Source: Nitrospirota bacterium (GTDB lineage: Bacteria > Nitrospirota > Thermodesulfovibrionia > Thermodesulfovibrionales > Dissulfurispiraceae). Taken from it: a stretch of 64,000 bases of DNA. Location of the stretch: NCBI GenBank assembly GCA_040754455.1, contig JBFMCP010000013.1, positions 1 to 64,000 on the forward strand, read 5' to 3'. Made by a program: the position numbers and the translations under genes. Positions 18,616-28,729 of this stretch are shown here, in pieces; the stretch's first letter is position 1, and the number at the start of each line of letters is the position of its first letter. Below the pieces are notes generated by a model that saw nothing but the letters and a program-made list of their open reading frames with translations, made no database searches and was not told where the DNA came from.

Positions 18616-19194
18616 ATGGACATGATAAGACGCTCTATCTTGATGTTGATGACCGTTGTGCTGTTGTTTCTGCTTGCCGGCGCAGCCTGGGCAGCGCCCA
18701 TCACATTCTCTGTGGGGAGTGAATCGCTCTGGACTGACACGGAGATTTCTGTACGGCCGAATGACCGGGTCACCATCGATTATCTGTCCGGCGGCTTTAC
18801 CTGGGCGGATTGGCACAGGGGAGGGCAGCTGTTCGGCCCTCAGGGAGATTTCCAGCCGACGCTCGCCTTTGATGAATGGATCACCAACGGTCGACATGGC
18901 CAGATAATAGGGTTCATCGGTGCGGAAGACCCGAATGCTTTTCCGAGGACGGTACGACAAAATAGTCCGGGCCTCTTTGTGATCGGCGATGGAGTCGACT
19001 TTCTCAGCAGGCTCAACGGCAGTCTGTGGCTGGGCATCAACGATGATTTTACGCATACCGCGTGGGTTGCCGACAACCGCGGGTCTGCACTCCTCTCTGT
19101 TGATGTTGCCCCTGTTCCGGAGCCTTCAACCATGCTGCTCCTCGGTGCAGGGCTCATAAGCATCGGCGTGTTTACGCGGCGGTTCAGAAGATAA
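18616..19194 (+). CDS. PEP-CTERM-sorted surface protein with a LecA/PA-IL-like domain
   Basis: Signal peptide; C-terminal PVPEPSTMLLLGAGL...RRFRR; WTDT...GPQG...IIGFIG...LWLGINDD...DNRG. Confidence 0.85.
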   Translation: MDMIRRSILMLMTVVLLFLLAGAAWAAPITFSVGSESLWTDTEISVRPNDRVTIDYLSGGFTWADWHRGGQLFGPQGDFQPTLAFDEWITNGRHGQIIGFIGAEDPNAFPRTVRQNSPGLFVIGDGVDFLSRLNGSLWLGINDDFTHTAWVADNRGSALLSVDVAPVPEPSTMLLLGAGLISIGVFTRRFRR

Positions 19195-19214
19195 GCTGGT
19201 TACTACCTGTATTT

Positions 19215-19255
19215 GCAAAAAAGGGATGTTCTCCGAAAAGAACATTCCTTTTTGC
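19215..19255. terminator. Bidirectional intrinsic terminator
   Basis: GCAAAAAAGGGATGTTC / GAACATTCCTTTTTGC hairpin between convergent genes. Confidence 0.7.
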
Positions 19256-19310
19256 CTGTCCTCTCCCTGAAAATGCCCTTAAAACCCGTATAAAGGAACG
19301 GGATAGTCAT

Positions 19311-20843
19311 CTACACCTGTCCTCTGTCCATCGTCCTGTACTGAATGGCCTCGGAGATGTGAGGGCTTTGAATGGGATCGGAGCGGTCGAGGTCGGCGAT
19401 AGTCCGTGCTACCTTGAGTATCCTCGAATACGCCCGTGCGCTCAAGCCGAGTTTTTGCATGGCCAGGTCCAGGATGGTGTGTGCGTCTTCGGAAAGGATG
19501 CAATATTTCTTTATATGGCGGGTCTTCATCTGGCCGTTTGAGAATATCTTGTCATCCCTGAACCGCTTCAATTGTCGCTCGCGCGCTGCAGCGACTCTCT
19601 GGCGTATAGTTGCTGATTTTTCTCCTGCAAAATCATTGGATAATTCTTTATAAGGGACAGCAGGCACATCAATATGGATATCGATCCGGTCCATGAGCGG
19701 GCCGGAAACCTTCGACCGGTAGCGGTTAATCATACTGGAGGTACACGTGCATTGGTGCCGTGTATCGCCGAAATAGCCGCAGGGGCAGGGATTCATAGCT
19801 GAGACGAGGACGAATTGTGCGGGATAGACGACGGTCGCTACTGCACGTGAAACGGTGACCATACCATTCTCAAGGGGCTGGCGTAGTACTTCCAGAACAT
19901 TTCTCTTGAATTCGGGGAGCTCATCAAGAAAGAGTATCCCATTATGCGCCAGCGATACTTCACCTGGCCGTGGCATCTGTCCTCCGCCTATCAATGCAAC
20001 ATCAGAGATTGTATGGTGCGGTGATCTGAAAGGCCGTGTTGCCGAAAGGGATTGCCCGTTTTTGAGCAGGCCTGCGACGCTATGGATCTTGGTGGTCTCG
20101 AGCGCCTCTTCAAAGGTCATCGGCGGCAAGATTGAAGGGATGCGTTTCGCCAGCATCGTCTTGCCGCTGCCCGGAGGGCCGACCATCAGTATGTTATGCC
20201 CTCCTGCCGCAGCGACTTCGAGGGCCCTTTTTGCATGCTCCTGTCCCTTCACGTCGCAGAAGTCGTCTTCATAGAGGGAGTTCTCTGCCATTGCGTCGGT
20301 GATGTTGATAGCAAAGGGTTCTTTCTGTGAGATGTTCCCAAGAAATTCGATGGTTTCGGGAAGGCTCGTCATGCTGTAGACTTCAATGCCCGCCACCACC
20401 GCAGCCTCGGCAGCATTCTCTTTCGGCAGGAGGATGCCTTTGAGCCCGCGCCGTTTTGCTTCGAGCGCCATGGGGAGCGCTCCCCTGATCGGCTTTATCG
20501 AACCGTCGAGCGAGAGCTCTCCGGCGAGGAGATAATCGTTGAGCGTTGCTGTCGAAATGATCTCTTCTGCGGCAACGATGCCGACGGCGATGGGGAGGTC
20601 GAAGGACGAGCCCTCTTTCTTGAGGTCTGCAGGGGCCAAATTTACGGTTATTTGTTTCAGAGGAAAGCTGAATCCGATATTCTTCAGCGCAGCCTTGATT
20701 CTATCCTTGCTCTCTTTGACCGCAGCATCGGGGAGCCCCACCATCGAGAAGTGGGGAAGGCCCTTTGAGGTGATATCGACCTCAACCTCGACGAGGTGTG
20801 CATCAATGCCGACAACATACGCACTGAGAGCCCTGGACAGCAT
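19311..20843 (-). CDS. comM: YifB/ComM Mg-chelatase-like AAA+ ATPase
   Basis: VGLPD, NLAPADLKKEG..FDL, GPPGSGKT, PGEVSLAHNG.LFLDE, MNPCPCG, ARTIADL; ATG at 20843. Confidence 0.93.
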   Translation of the reverse strand: MLSRALSAYVVGIDAHLVEVEVDITSKGLPHFSMVGLPDAAVKESKDRIKAALKNIGFSFPLKQITVNLAPADLKKEGSSFDLPIAVGIVAAEEIISTATLNDYLLAGELSLDGSIKPIRGALPMALEAKRRGLKGILLPKENAAEAAVVAGIEVYSMTSLPETIEFLGNISQKEPFAINITDAMAENSLYEDDFCDVKGQEHAKRALEVAAAGGHNILMVGPPGSGKTMLAKRIPSILPPMTFEEALETTKIHSVAGLLKNGQSLSATRPFRSPHHTISDVALIGGGQMPRPGEVSLAHNGILFLDELPEFKRNVLEVLRQPLENGMVTVSRAVATVVYPAQFVLVSAMNPCPCGYFGDTRHQCTCTSSMINRYRSKVSGPLMDRIDIHIDVPAVPYKELSNDFAGEKSATIRQRVAAARERQLKRFRDDKIFSNGQMKTRHIKKYCILSEDAHTILDLAMQKLGLSARAYSRILKVARTIADLDRSDPIQSPHISEAIQYRTMDRGQV

Positions 20844-20940
20844 GGACCGATGATCCCCCCACCAGCATATTTGAATAAATGAACAGCTTTGATTATTACT
20901 TATTGCGGCGGCGATGTCAATGAAACAACGGGGAGAGGAG

Positions 20941-21867
20941 TCACCCCCGCACGCAGCCGCCGCATTTCGCCCCCTGCGAGGCATTACGCTCCTCGAATCG
21001 CCTTTCTATGTCGCGTGTGATCTCCTGCCTGCTTCTGCCCCAGTTGGGCGCAATCAGGATATCATCGGGCGAGGTGGCGAAGAGTCGCTGCAGCACGATG
21101 TCGGGAGAGAGGCGTTCGATGAAATCGACGATGAAATCGAGGTATTCCTCATAGCCGAAGGTAGGGAACGGCTCTCTTTGGTACAGCTCTCCGAGGGGCG
21201 TGTTCTTCACGATCTGCAATTGATGGATCTTCAAAAACTCGACTGGCAGACTCGAAATCTCATCGGCCATGGCGAGCATCTCTTCCCGTGTCTCGGTCGG
21301 GAAGCCGACGATAAGGTGTGCGCCGATGCGGATACCTCTCCCTTTAGTAAGGTTCACAGCATCAATAAAAGTCTGATAGTCATGTCCCCTCAGCATAAAG
21401 TCGAGGGACTTATCGTAGGTCGACTGCACGCCGTACTCGACGAGAATAAAGTAATCCTTTGCCAGAGTCTGGAGCAGCTCTATCTTTTCCGCATCGATGC
21501 AGTCCGGTCTCGTGCCGATGGCGAGACCGACCACCGAGGGATGTGAGAGCGCCTCGCGGTAGATCTTGTCGAGCTCCGCAACCGGGGCGTAGGTATTGGT
21601 GAAGGGTTGAAAATAGACGAGGAATTTTTTCGCCTTGTAGCGGACCGAGAGATACCCCATCCCGTTTCTAATCTGGCCGGCCAGGGAGATATCCGGTTTG
21701 CAACTCGAAGGCCTGAAGCTGTCGTTGTTGCAGTAGATGCAGCCGGTGACGCCCAGGGTGCCGTCTCTGTTGGGGCAGGTGAACCCCGCATCGACATTTA
21801 CCTTGTAGACAGTGGTTCCGAACAGCTTCTTGAGGTAAGGACCGAAGGCGTTATATCTGCTTGCCAT
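20941..21867 (-). CDS. TIGR01212 (YhcC/YtqA) radical SAM protein
   Basis: GFTCPNRDG..G..GCIYC, YFQPFTNTY, IGTRPDC. Confidence 0.92.
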   Translation of the reverse strand: MASRYNAFGPYLKKLFGTTVYKVNVDAGFTCPNRDGTLGVTGCIYCNNDSFRPSSCKPDISLAGQIRNGMGYLSVRYKAKKFLVYFQPFTNTYAPVAELDKIYREALSHPSVVGLAIGTRPDCIDAEKIELLQTLAKDYFILVEYGVQSTYDKSLDFMLRGHDYQTFIDAVNLTKGRGIRIGAHLIVGFPTETREEMLAMADEISSLPVEFLKIHQLQIVKNTPLGELYQREPFPTFGYEEYLDFIVDFIERLSPDIVLQRLFATSPDDILIAPNWGRSRQEITRDIERRFEERNASQGAKCGGCVRG

Positions 21868-22095
21868 TAATAATTATTTCTGTTTGGTCGTTCTAATGTC
21901 AAACGCATGACGCAGCAGGTCAGCATAGTTATTATTTGTTATATAGGTTGTTTACTGTATTAATGATTGTAAGTGGGGTGTCCGTAGCGAAGTGGTGAAT
22001 TGAGAGAGCTTCCCTTATAGCTATAATAACAATCAATAACCAGGAATTACTGCTCCTTTTTGTACCCATTCTTGTCTGTACCCACATTTGCGGGT

Positions 22096-22605
22096 TCAGG
22101 GCCGTATTTCTATTGGCGTGCCGTCAGGCACCAGCTCCCAGATTTCCTGCATCTCCCTGTTAGTGACGGCGATGCAGCCGGCGGTCCAGTCCCAGGTCAG
22201 CGGGATATCTCGGTCAGCGATGCCGTTGGGAAGGCCATGGATCATGATGTCGGCACCGGGAGCAACGCCCTGCGACCCGGCATTCAGCAGATCGGCAGCA
22301 TTCGGATAGGAGATATGCAGTGACCGGTAGTATCTGCTCTTCTCGTTGCGGTAATCGATGATGTAGGCACCCTCGGGCGTCCTCTTGTCTCCCTGCTTTG
22401 TTTTATGTCCCTTCGGGTTTCTGCCGAGGGTAATGTTGTAGGCCCTGAGGACCTGGTCGTTCCGGAACAACACCATCAGCCGCTTGCTTTTGATCACCAG
22501 TATTTTATCGACCTTTTCGAAGGACGCGCCTGCGCTTTTGAGAAGAAGGGCGAGATAGAAGAGACCGAAGAGCAGCAGAAAGGAAACCGGGGCTATCCGC
22601 TTCAA
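22096..22605 (-). CDS. L,D-transpeptidase (YkuD) family protein
   Basis: GDKRTPEG.Y, ISYPN, IMIHG...DWTAGCIAV; TTG start at 22605 preceded by GGGAGG. Confidence 0.88.
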   Translation of the reverse strand: MKRIAPVSFLLLFGLFYLALLLKSAGASFEKVDKILVIKSKRLMVLFRNDQVLRAYNITLGRNPKGHKTKQGDKRTPEGAYIIDYRNEKSRYYRSLHISYPNAADLLNAGSQGVAPGADIMIHGLPNGIADRDIPLTWDWTAGCIAVTNREMQEIWELVPDGTPIEIRP

Positions 22606-22765
22606 CGCAGGATGCCTCCCGTCGCAGTGCACGCGGCTTCCGGTGTCGATACCTCTTCGGTGAAAGGCAAAAAACATGTTTGCTTTCAAGATGAAAAAAT
22701 TTTTTGCGGTTATTTTAACATTTGCTATAATTGTAGTGATATTTAAAATTCTTATGGGAGGCTAC

Positions 22766-24136
22766 ATGGCAATACAAGGCTTGCTACAAGAGGTCAGGGA
22801 TGCAGTCGAGATTAAAGCTGGTGTAGTGACGGTAAAAGACAAAAAAGCGGTACGGGCCATGATGGATTCACTTATCTATGACGCGGTCTTCGAGCCTGAC
22901 GAGGAGATGAGGAAAGCGCTCTTCATTCTGGTGAAGGAAATCGCAAAGGCCTGCGGCGCCATTCCCGCTTCTATACAGGGGCTCTACGAAGAGATGGGGA
23001 GAAACTATCCGGGTTTCACGGTCCCAGCCATGAATATAAGAGGTCTCACGTATGATACGGTGCGCGCCGCTTTCAGGAAGGCCCAGCAGATGAAGGTGGG
23101 GCCGATGATCTTCGAAATCGCGCGGTCCGAGATCGGCTACACGAAGCAGCGGCCGCTCGAATATGCGGCGGTTGTTCTTGCCGCTGCGGTGAGGGAGGGC
23201 TATGAAGGGCCGGTATTCATCCAGGGAGACCATTTCCAGCTCGTGAGAAAAAACTATCTGAGTGGCCCGGACCTCGAACTGAATTATGTCAAAGGGCTTA
23301 TTGCCGAGGCGATCGAGGCCGAATTCTATAACATTGATATCGATACCTCTACGATTGTCGATCTCGATCGTCCCACGGTGAAGGAGCAGCAGCGTCCCAA
23401 CTTTGAGAAGACCGCCGAACTGGCGGAGTATGTGCGGCATATCCAGCCCCCCGGCGTCGATGTTTCTATCGGCGGCGAGATCGGCGAGATCGGCAGCAAG
23501 AACAGCACGCCTGATGAGCTGGAGGCGTATCTCGACGGCTTCAAAGAGACCTTCAAGGGGACCAAGGGATTGAGCAAGCTGAGCGTCCAGACCGGCACGA
23601 GCCACGGCGGCGTGGTTCTCCCCGACGGAACACTTGCGAAGGTGAAGATCGATTTCGAGACGCTGAGGATACTCTCTGATCTGGCACGGAAAAAGTACGG
23701 CCTGTCAGGATGCGTGCAGCACGGTGCCTCGACGCTCCCTGAGGATGCCTTCACGATGTTCCCCGAGACCGGCACCTCCGAGGTCCATCTCGCTACAGGG
23801 TTCCAGAACATCGTCTACGACAGCAAGCACCTCCCCAAAGAGTTCAGGGAGGAGGTCTATAATTTCATCAAGACTGAATATGCAAAAGAGAAGAAAGAGG
23901 GCCAGACCGCCGAGCAGTTCATCTACAGCACCAGAAAAAAGGGATTCGGCCCGATAAAGAAGAAGTGGTGGGATCTGCCGGCGAACGTAAAAGACCCCAT
24001 CATGAAAGAGCTGGAGGACAAGTTCGGCCTGCTCTTTGAGCGGCTCAAGGTCGCCAACACCACCGATATCGTAAAGAAGACCGTCACCCCGGTGCTTGTT
24101 AAGAAAGAGGTCGATACGGCGCTTTTGGGCTTATAA
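22766..24136 (+). CDS. Class II fructose-bisphosphate aldolase family
   Basis: VPAMN, IQGDHFQ, GEIG, GTSHGG, VQHGAS; SD GGGAGG before ATG 22766. Confidence 0.88.
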   Translation: MAIQGLLQEVRDAVEIKAGVVTVKDKKAVRAMMDSLIYDAVFEPDEEMRKALFILVKEIAKACGAIPASIQGLYEEMGRNYPGFTVPAMNIRGLTYDTVRAAFRKAQQMKVGPMIFEIARSEIGYTKQRPLEYAAVVLAAAVREGYEGPVFIQGDHFQLVRKNYLSGPDLELNYVKGLIAEAIEAEFYNIDIDTSTIVDLDRPTVKEQQRPNFEKTAELAEYVRHIQPPGVDVSIGGEIGEIGSKNSTPDELEAYLDGFKETFKGTKGLSKLSVQTGTSHGGVVLPDGTLAKVKIDFETLRILSDLARKKYGLSGCVQHGASTLPEDAFTMFPETGTSEVHLATGFQNIVYDSKHLPKEFREEVYNFIKTEYAKEKKEGQTAEQFIYSTRKKGFGPIKKKWWDLPANVKDPIMKELEDKFGLLFERLKVANTTDIVKKTVTPVLVKKEVDTALLGL

Positions 24137-24246
24137 CTATCGTATTACCCTAGGGTGATTGAACGACTACTGAACGAATCGAACCGTTTAAGCTGTTATG
24201 CTCGCTGAGAGGAAAGACGCTTAAACGGTTTGAGCATTTCGGAGGC

Positions 24247-25572
24247 ATGGAGATGCAACAGCAGCAGCTGGACCCGAGGCTCCCCCTGATACAAGAGGCT
24301 GATCTGAACGGCAAGGTCGTCCTCGTCAGGTTCGACCATAATGTCGTCAAAGACGGTGAGATCAAGGACCCGTACCGTATCGATCGTACCATCGGCACGC
24401 TTTATAAGATTGTAGAGTGCGGCGGCAGACCGGTCCTGATGACCCATGTCGGACGGCCGAAAGATAAAAAGACCGGTGCCATCAAATGCCGGGAGAGCGA
24501 GTCGGTAAGGCCTATTGTCGACTACCTCGAACATAAGCTGCATACGAAATTCCATATCCCCGAATTTCCTATTGACCCGGCACTCGGCATCACCGGCATT
24601 GATACATCGATCAATCTCGCCATCCGCAGCCTCCGTGAGCGGAGGATCGGCGGCATTTATCTGCCTAATACACGCTGGTTCCAGGGTGAGGAGGCGAAGG
24701 GCGAGATGCGGGAAAAGCTTGCGCTCCAGCTCGCGGGTCTTGCCGATATCTATGTCAATGACGCCTTCGGCTCTTGGCAGGCCCATGCCTCGACCTATGA
24801 TGTCACGAAGTACCTTCCCTCCTATGCGGGGTTCCTGATGCAGCAGGAGATCGAGAAGCTGAATGCCGTCATCGATCCCGAACGCCCTTTCGTCGCGGTG
24901 GTTGCCGGCGCCAAATACGACACCAAGATAGGGCCGCTCTACGCAATCTATGACAAGGTTGATAGGCTTATCCTGGGCGGCGTAATATATAACGCATTTC
25001 TTTGTGCAAAATATGGTATAAAGATACAGGGAGTTTCTGAGAGCGATATTAATGCGGCAAAGGACCTTGTCGAAAAGGACAGCACGAATCGGAAAATCGT
25101 CGAGCTTCCTTTTCTCGTCGAATCCGATACGCTCGAAGGCAAGATCGAGGGCAAATACCGGACAGTATCGATCCGGGACTTTAAGGAGGGCGCAAGCTAT
25201 AAATATGTGCTCGATATCGATCCCCGATCCTTCGAGGACAGGAGCGTAGCAGAGAGCATCCTGAGCGCAAAGACGATCTTTGTAAATGCCGTTATGGGGT
25301 TTACTCCCCATTTTACCGCAGGTTCTGCGGCGCTGGACGGCACAATCGATCAGAACAGGATTGCGCTCAAAATGTACGGCGGCGGCGATACGCTCCAGGA
25401 ATTCAAGAACCTCTGCCCCGGCCTCTATCTCTCGGTGCTGGATAATACGCAGTACTATTTCTTCACCGGCGGCGGCACGGTGTTGACCGCCATAGAGCAG
25501 GGGAGTCCCTACGGGCTCAAGCCGGTGGAGGCACTGATGGAAAACAAGGCAGTTATGGGCAGGCAGCTTTAA
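24247..25572 (+). CDS. pgk: Phosphoglycerate kinase (divergent type)
   Basis: VLVRFDHNV, THVGRP, NTRW, YVNDAFG, GAK, GGGDT, TGGG. Confidence 0.9.
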   Translation: MEMQQQQLDPRLPLIQEADLNGKVVLVRFDHNVVKDGEIKDPYRIDRTIGTLYKIVECGGRPVLMTHVGRPKDKKTGAIKCRESESVRPIVDYLEHKLHTKFHIPEFPIDPALGITGIDTSINLAIRSLRERRIGGIYLPNTRWFQGEEAKGEMREKLALQLAGLADIYVNDAFGSWQAHASTYDVTKYLPSYAGFLMQQEIEKLNAVIDPERPFVAVVAGAKYDTKIGPLYAIYDKVDRLILGGVIYNAFLCAKYGIKIQGVSESDINAAKDLVEKDSTNRKIVELPFLVESDTLEGKIEGKYRTVSIRDFKEGASYKYVLDIDPRSFEDRSVAESILSAKTIFVNAVMGFTPHFTAGSAALDGTIDQNRIALKMYGGGDTLQEFKNLCPGLYLSVLDNTQYYFFTGGGTVLTAIEQGSPYGLKPVEALMENKAVMGRQL

Positions 25573-25624
25573 GCGGTTACGGAGAATTAACAGTATAAAT
25601 ATAAGCGAGGAGGATTCAACGGTC

Positions 25625-26839
25625 ATGGCCAGCATCAAAAGGATTGGAGTTATCACCAGCGGTGGTGATTGCGGGGGGCTTAACGCTGTCATTAAAGGGG
25701 TTGCGCGCGAAGCATACCACTTGGGGATCGAATCGGTCGTCATCCCCAACGGCTATGCGGGGCTTTACAATCTTGTGGACCTTGAGGACGTTGTCCTGCT
25801 CAACGCGGAGAGGGTAAGCCGCATCGAAGCCTCTCTCGCTGGTTCGGAAGCGGGCCATTCACGGGTAAAGATCAGCAAGATAGCAGACCCCGAAAAATAC
25901 AACCGCATCAAGGCAGGGCTCAAGAAGTTCGGGATCGATGCCCTGGTCATCAGCGGCGGCGATGACACCGGCAGCGTCGTCGTAGATCTCAACGCGCAGG
26001 GCATCCCCTGCATCCATGTGCCCAAGACCATGGACCTCGATCTGCAGCCCTACAGCGTCGGCGGCGACTCGTCGGTCAACAGGATCGCCACATTTACGAA
26101 GGAACTCAAAACCACGGGTCTGAGCCATAACCGCATTTTAGTTGTCGAGGTGTTCGGGCGGTATGTGGGACATACGGCACTCAGGGGCGGGGTCGGCGCC
26201 GAAGCGGATTGCATTCTGATACCCGAAATCCCGGTCGATTTCGAAGTCGTCTATGATCATATGAAAATGACCTACTGCAACAGAGTGCTGAGGAGCGATG
26301 TGAAGGCCGGGACCTATATGATCGTCGTCGCAGAGGGCATGAAGAACGCCAGCGGCGAAATGCTCTATGACGAGTCGGCGGGTGTCGATGCCTTCGGCCA
26401 TAAGAAACTCGCCGGTGCCGGAAAATATGTGCGCCAGCAGCTCGAAAAGAGATTGAAGGCCGATCCAGAGATCAAAGAATTCATGAAGAGCACCGGCATG
26501 TATGCTCCCGGCGTTTATGAAATCCCCGAAGTGAGGGAGGTAACCCCCGGCCACCTGGTGCGGTGCGGCGGCTCTTCTGCCTACGATGTGAATTTCGGCT
26601 ACAAGGCAGGCGCTGCAGCAGTTCTGCTCCTGCTCGAAGGGAAAACAGGCATCACTGTTGCCGATGTCAACGGACATAAGATTTGCTACATGCCGACGGC
26701 GGCGGCGATCAAGCGGCGCGAGGTCGATCTCAATGAAATAGCGCTCTACGAGAGCCTCGGCACCTGTTTCGGCAGGAAACCGCAGAAATTCAGCTATGAA
26801 CTTATAGAGGAGCAGCGGACAATAGATCGACATCTCTAA
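25625..26839 (+). CDS. Phosphofructokinase family with the PPi-type signature
   Basis: TSGGDCGGLN, GGDDT, PKTMD, EVFGR, VAEG. Confidence 0.88.
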   Translation: MASIKRIGVITSGGDCGGLNAVIKGVAREAYHLGIESVVIPNGYAGLYNLVDLEDVVLLNAERVSRIEASLAGSEAGHSRVKISKIADPEKYNRIKAGLKKFGIDALVISGGDDTGSVVVDLNAQGIPCIHVPKTMDLDLQPYSVGGDSSVNRIATFTKELKTTGLSHNRILVVEVFGRYVGHTALRGGVGAEADCILIPEIPVDFEVVYDHMKMTYCNRVLRSDVKAGTYMIVVAEGMKNASGEMLYDESAGVDAFGHKKLAGAGKYVRQQLEKRLKADPEIKEFMKSTGMYAPGVYEIPEVREVTPGHLVRCGGSSAYDVNFGYKAGAAAVLLLLEGKTGITVADVNGHKICYMPTAAAIKRREVDLNEIALYESLGTCFGRKPQKFSYELIEEQRTIDRHL

Positions 26840-26852
26840 AGCGAGGGAGTGA

Positions 26853-28142
26853 ATGGCCAACCATAACAATAAGGAAAACGGCACGCTCGGCATCATTGTC
26901 GGCGGAGGCCCTGCGCCGGGGATTAACGGTGTTATCAGCTCGGCGACAATCGAGGCAATCAATCAGGGCAAGAAGGTCATCGGCATCAAGGGGGGGTTCA
27001 AGCCTCTCTTCGAGGGGAATACCGACTGTGCAATGCCGCTTACCATACAGGATGTCTCGAGGATCCATACCAAGGGTGGTTCTCTCCTGAGGACCTCCCG
27101 TGAATACCCTGACAAGGTCAAGCAGAAATTCAAAACGCTCATGGCCACGCTCAAGCAACTCGGCATCAACCATCTCGTGACCGTCGGCGGAGAAGGCACC
27201 CTCTTCATGGCAAACTGGATCGAACGCGAAGCACGGGGCTCGATGAATGTGGTCCATGTCCCGAAGACCATTGATAACGATATCCCCCTTCCGGGCGGTA
27301 TTGCCACCTTCGGCTATCAGACCGCACGCCACTGGGGCGTCAAGATCGTCCAGAATATCATGGAAGACGCAAAATCGACCGGCAGGTGGTATTTCATTAC
27401 CACCATGGGCAGGCATGCCGGACACCTCGCCCTCGGCATCGGAAAGGCGGCCGGTGTCACCCTGACGCTCATTGCAGAGGAGTTCAACAATGAGGAGAAG
27501 CTCTCATTGAAGAGGGTCTCCGATATCATCGTGGGGACCATTATCAGACGGCTCACCTATGGCATTGATCACGGCGTCGTCGTGCTCGCAGAGGGGATAT
27601 CCGAAAAGTTCGATACCGAAGAGCTGAGCCAGTATGAGCAGTTGGAAAAAGACGAGACCGGCAGGATACGCCTCTCCGAAATCCAGCTCGGCAGGGTCCT
27701 GAAGAACTTTGTACTGCAGACGCTCGAGTCTCTCGGGATCAAGCTTACCATTGTCGATAAGAACATCGGCTATGAATTGAGGGCTGCCGATCCCATTCCC
27801 TACGACCTCGAATACACCCGTGATCTCGGCTACGGTGCGGTGCGCTACCTTCTGAAAGGCGGCACCGGCTCGATGATCGTGCTCTACGACGGCCACTTGA
27901 GACCGATTCCGTTTGTCGAGCTGGTGGATTATGCTACAGGGAGAGTGAAGGTCAGAACCGTCGATATTACCTCTGAGACCTATGAGGTCGCCCGAAAATA
28001 CATGATCCGCCTCAGGAAGGAAGATTTCGAAGGGGAGAACCTGGAGCGCCTCTCAAAGACCGTGAGCATGAAGCCCGAGGAATTCAAAAGCCGTTTCGGC
28101 TATCTTGTCGGCATTACCAGCACTGTCGCCTTCGGATCATAA
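26853..28142 (+). CDS. pfp: Pfp-like phosphofructokinase (short clade) with an atypical GGEG motif
   Basis: GGGPAPGIN, GGEGT, PKTIDND, MGR.AGHLA, GYELR. Confidence 0.85.
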   Translation: MANHNNKENGTLGIIVGGGPAPGINGVISSATIEAINQGKKVIGIKGGFKPLFEGNTDCAMPLTIQDVSRIHTKGGSLLRTSREYPDKVKQKFKTLMATLKQLGINHLVTVGGEGTLFMANWIEREARGSMNVVHVPKTIDNDIPLPGGIATFGYQTARHWGVKIVQNIMEDAKSTGRWYFITTMGRHAGHLALGIGKAAGVTLTLIAEEFNNEEKLSLKRVSDIIVGTIIRRLTYGIDHGVVVLAEGISEKFDTEELSQYEQLEKDETGRIRLSEIQLGRVLKNFVLQTLESLGIKLTIVDKNIGYELRAADPIPYDLEYTRDLGYGAVRYLLKGGTGSMIVLYDGHLRPIPFVELVDYATGRVKVRTVDITSETYEVARKYMIRLRKEDFEGENLERLSKTVSMKPEEFKSRFGYLVGITSTVAFGS

Positions 28143-28147
28143 TAAAC

Positions 28148-28184
28148 GACAGATCCTCATGCTCTCAGGACATGGGGATCTGTC
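28148..28184 (+). terminator. Stem-loop after the glycolytic operon
   Basis: GACAGATCCTCATG / CATGGGGATCTGTC; no clear U-tract. Confidence 0.5.
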
Positions 28185-28574
28185 ATCCCCGGCTATTCTC
28201 TACTTCTACAGAGTCCAATTCTGAAAGACGTGCCATTATAACCTGAAGCAGCGAGTTTGCCTTGGAAATATCGCGCAAAAACCCACCCCGGCAAGCACCA
28301 CTCCTACAGAACTTTTGAGAAACAACTTATCCCCCCACCTCCGCCCTGAGAAGGCAAAGGGCCTTCTCAGGGTGGAGAGAGTTTTAAAGCTAAATACTTT
28401 TCCGTATGTTCTCATTGTATCAGGTATCATGATCCTCTTCGATCAGAGGCACGAGGTCAGAACAGGCAGACGCTATGTCAAAATCGACTGGATCGCTCAA
28501 AATCAGCAACTCGAATTGGCCCGCCGCCGTATAAATATTCAAAAAAAATTAATCGAATCAAACATTGTAGGTAA

Positions 28575-28590
28575 TGGCACTCTTCTTGCT
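28575..28590 (+). promoter_or_regulatory. Sigma-54 promoter of the multicopper oxidase locus
   Basis: TGGCAC-TCTTC-TTGCT matches the TGGCAC-N5-TTGCW consensus; A-tract upstream. Confidence 0.75.
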
Positions 28591-28729
28591 GCCGTTAAAC
28601 AAGATCGAAATTGTCTTTCAAAGAAGTAGGGTAGTGAAATTGCTGCCCTCCTCGGATGTGCTGTAGTTGTAAAGGTGAGGGTCTGAATGCATTCTTAAAT
28701 AACAGTAAAAAATTCAAGGAGGAGCATTT

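Noticed and set aside
21928..22040. Imperfect inverted repeat (GTTATTATTTGTTATATAG / CTATAATAACAATCAATAAC)
   Set aside because: Low-complexity AT-rich arms with a gap; could be chance, and no second copy was seen
24196..25749. Long antisense ORFs (e.g. 517 aa opposite pgk; also 52063-53184, 45090-46220, 8491-9597, 5773-6849)
   Set aside because: They mirror well-supported genes on the other strand and have no recognisable motifs; typical shadow ORFs from codon bias
28315..28629. 104-aa ORF upstream of the multicopper oxidase
   Set aside because: TTG start without an SD, no motifs, and it overlaps a hairpin and the sigma-54 promoter
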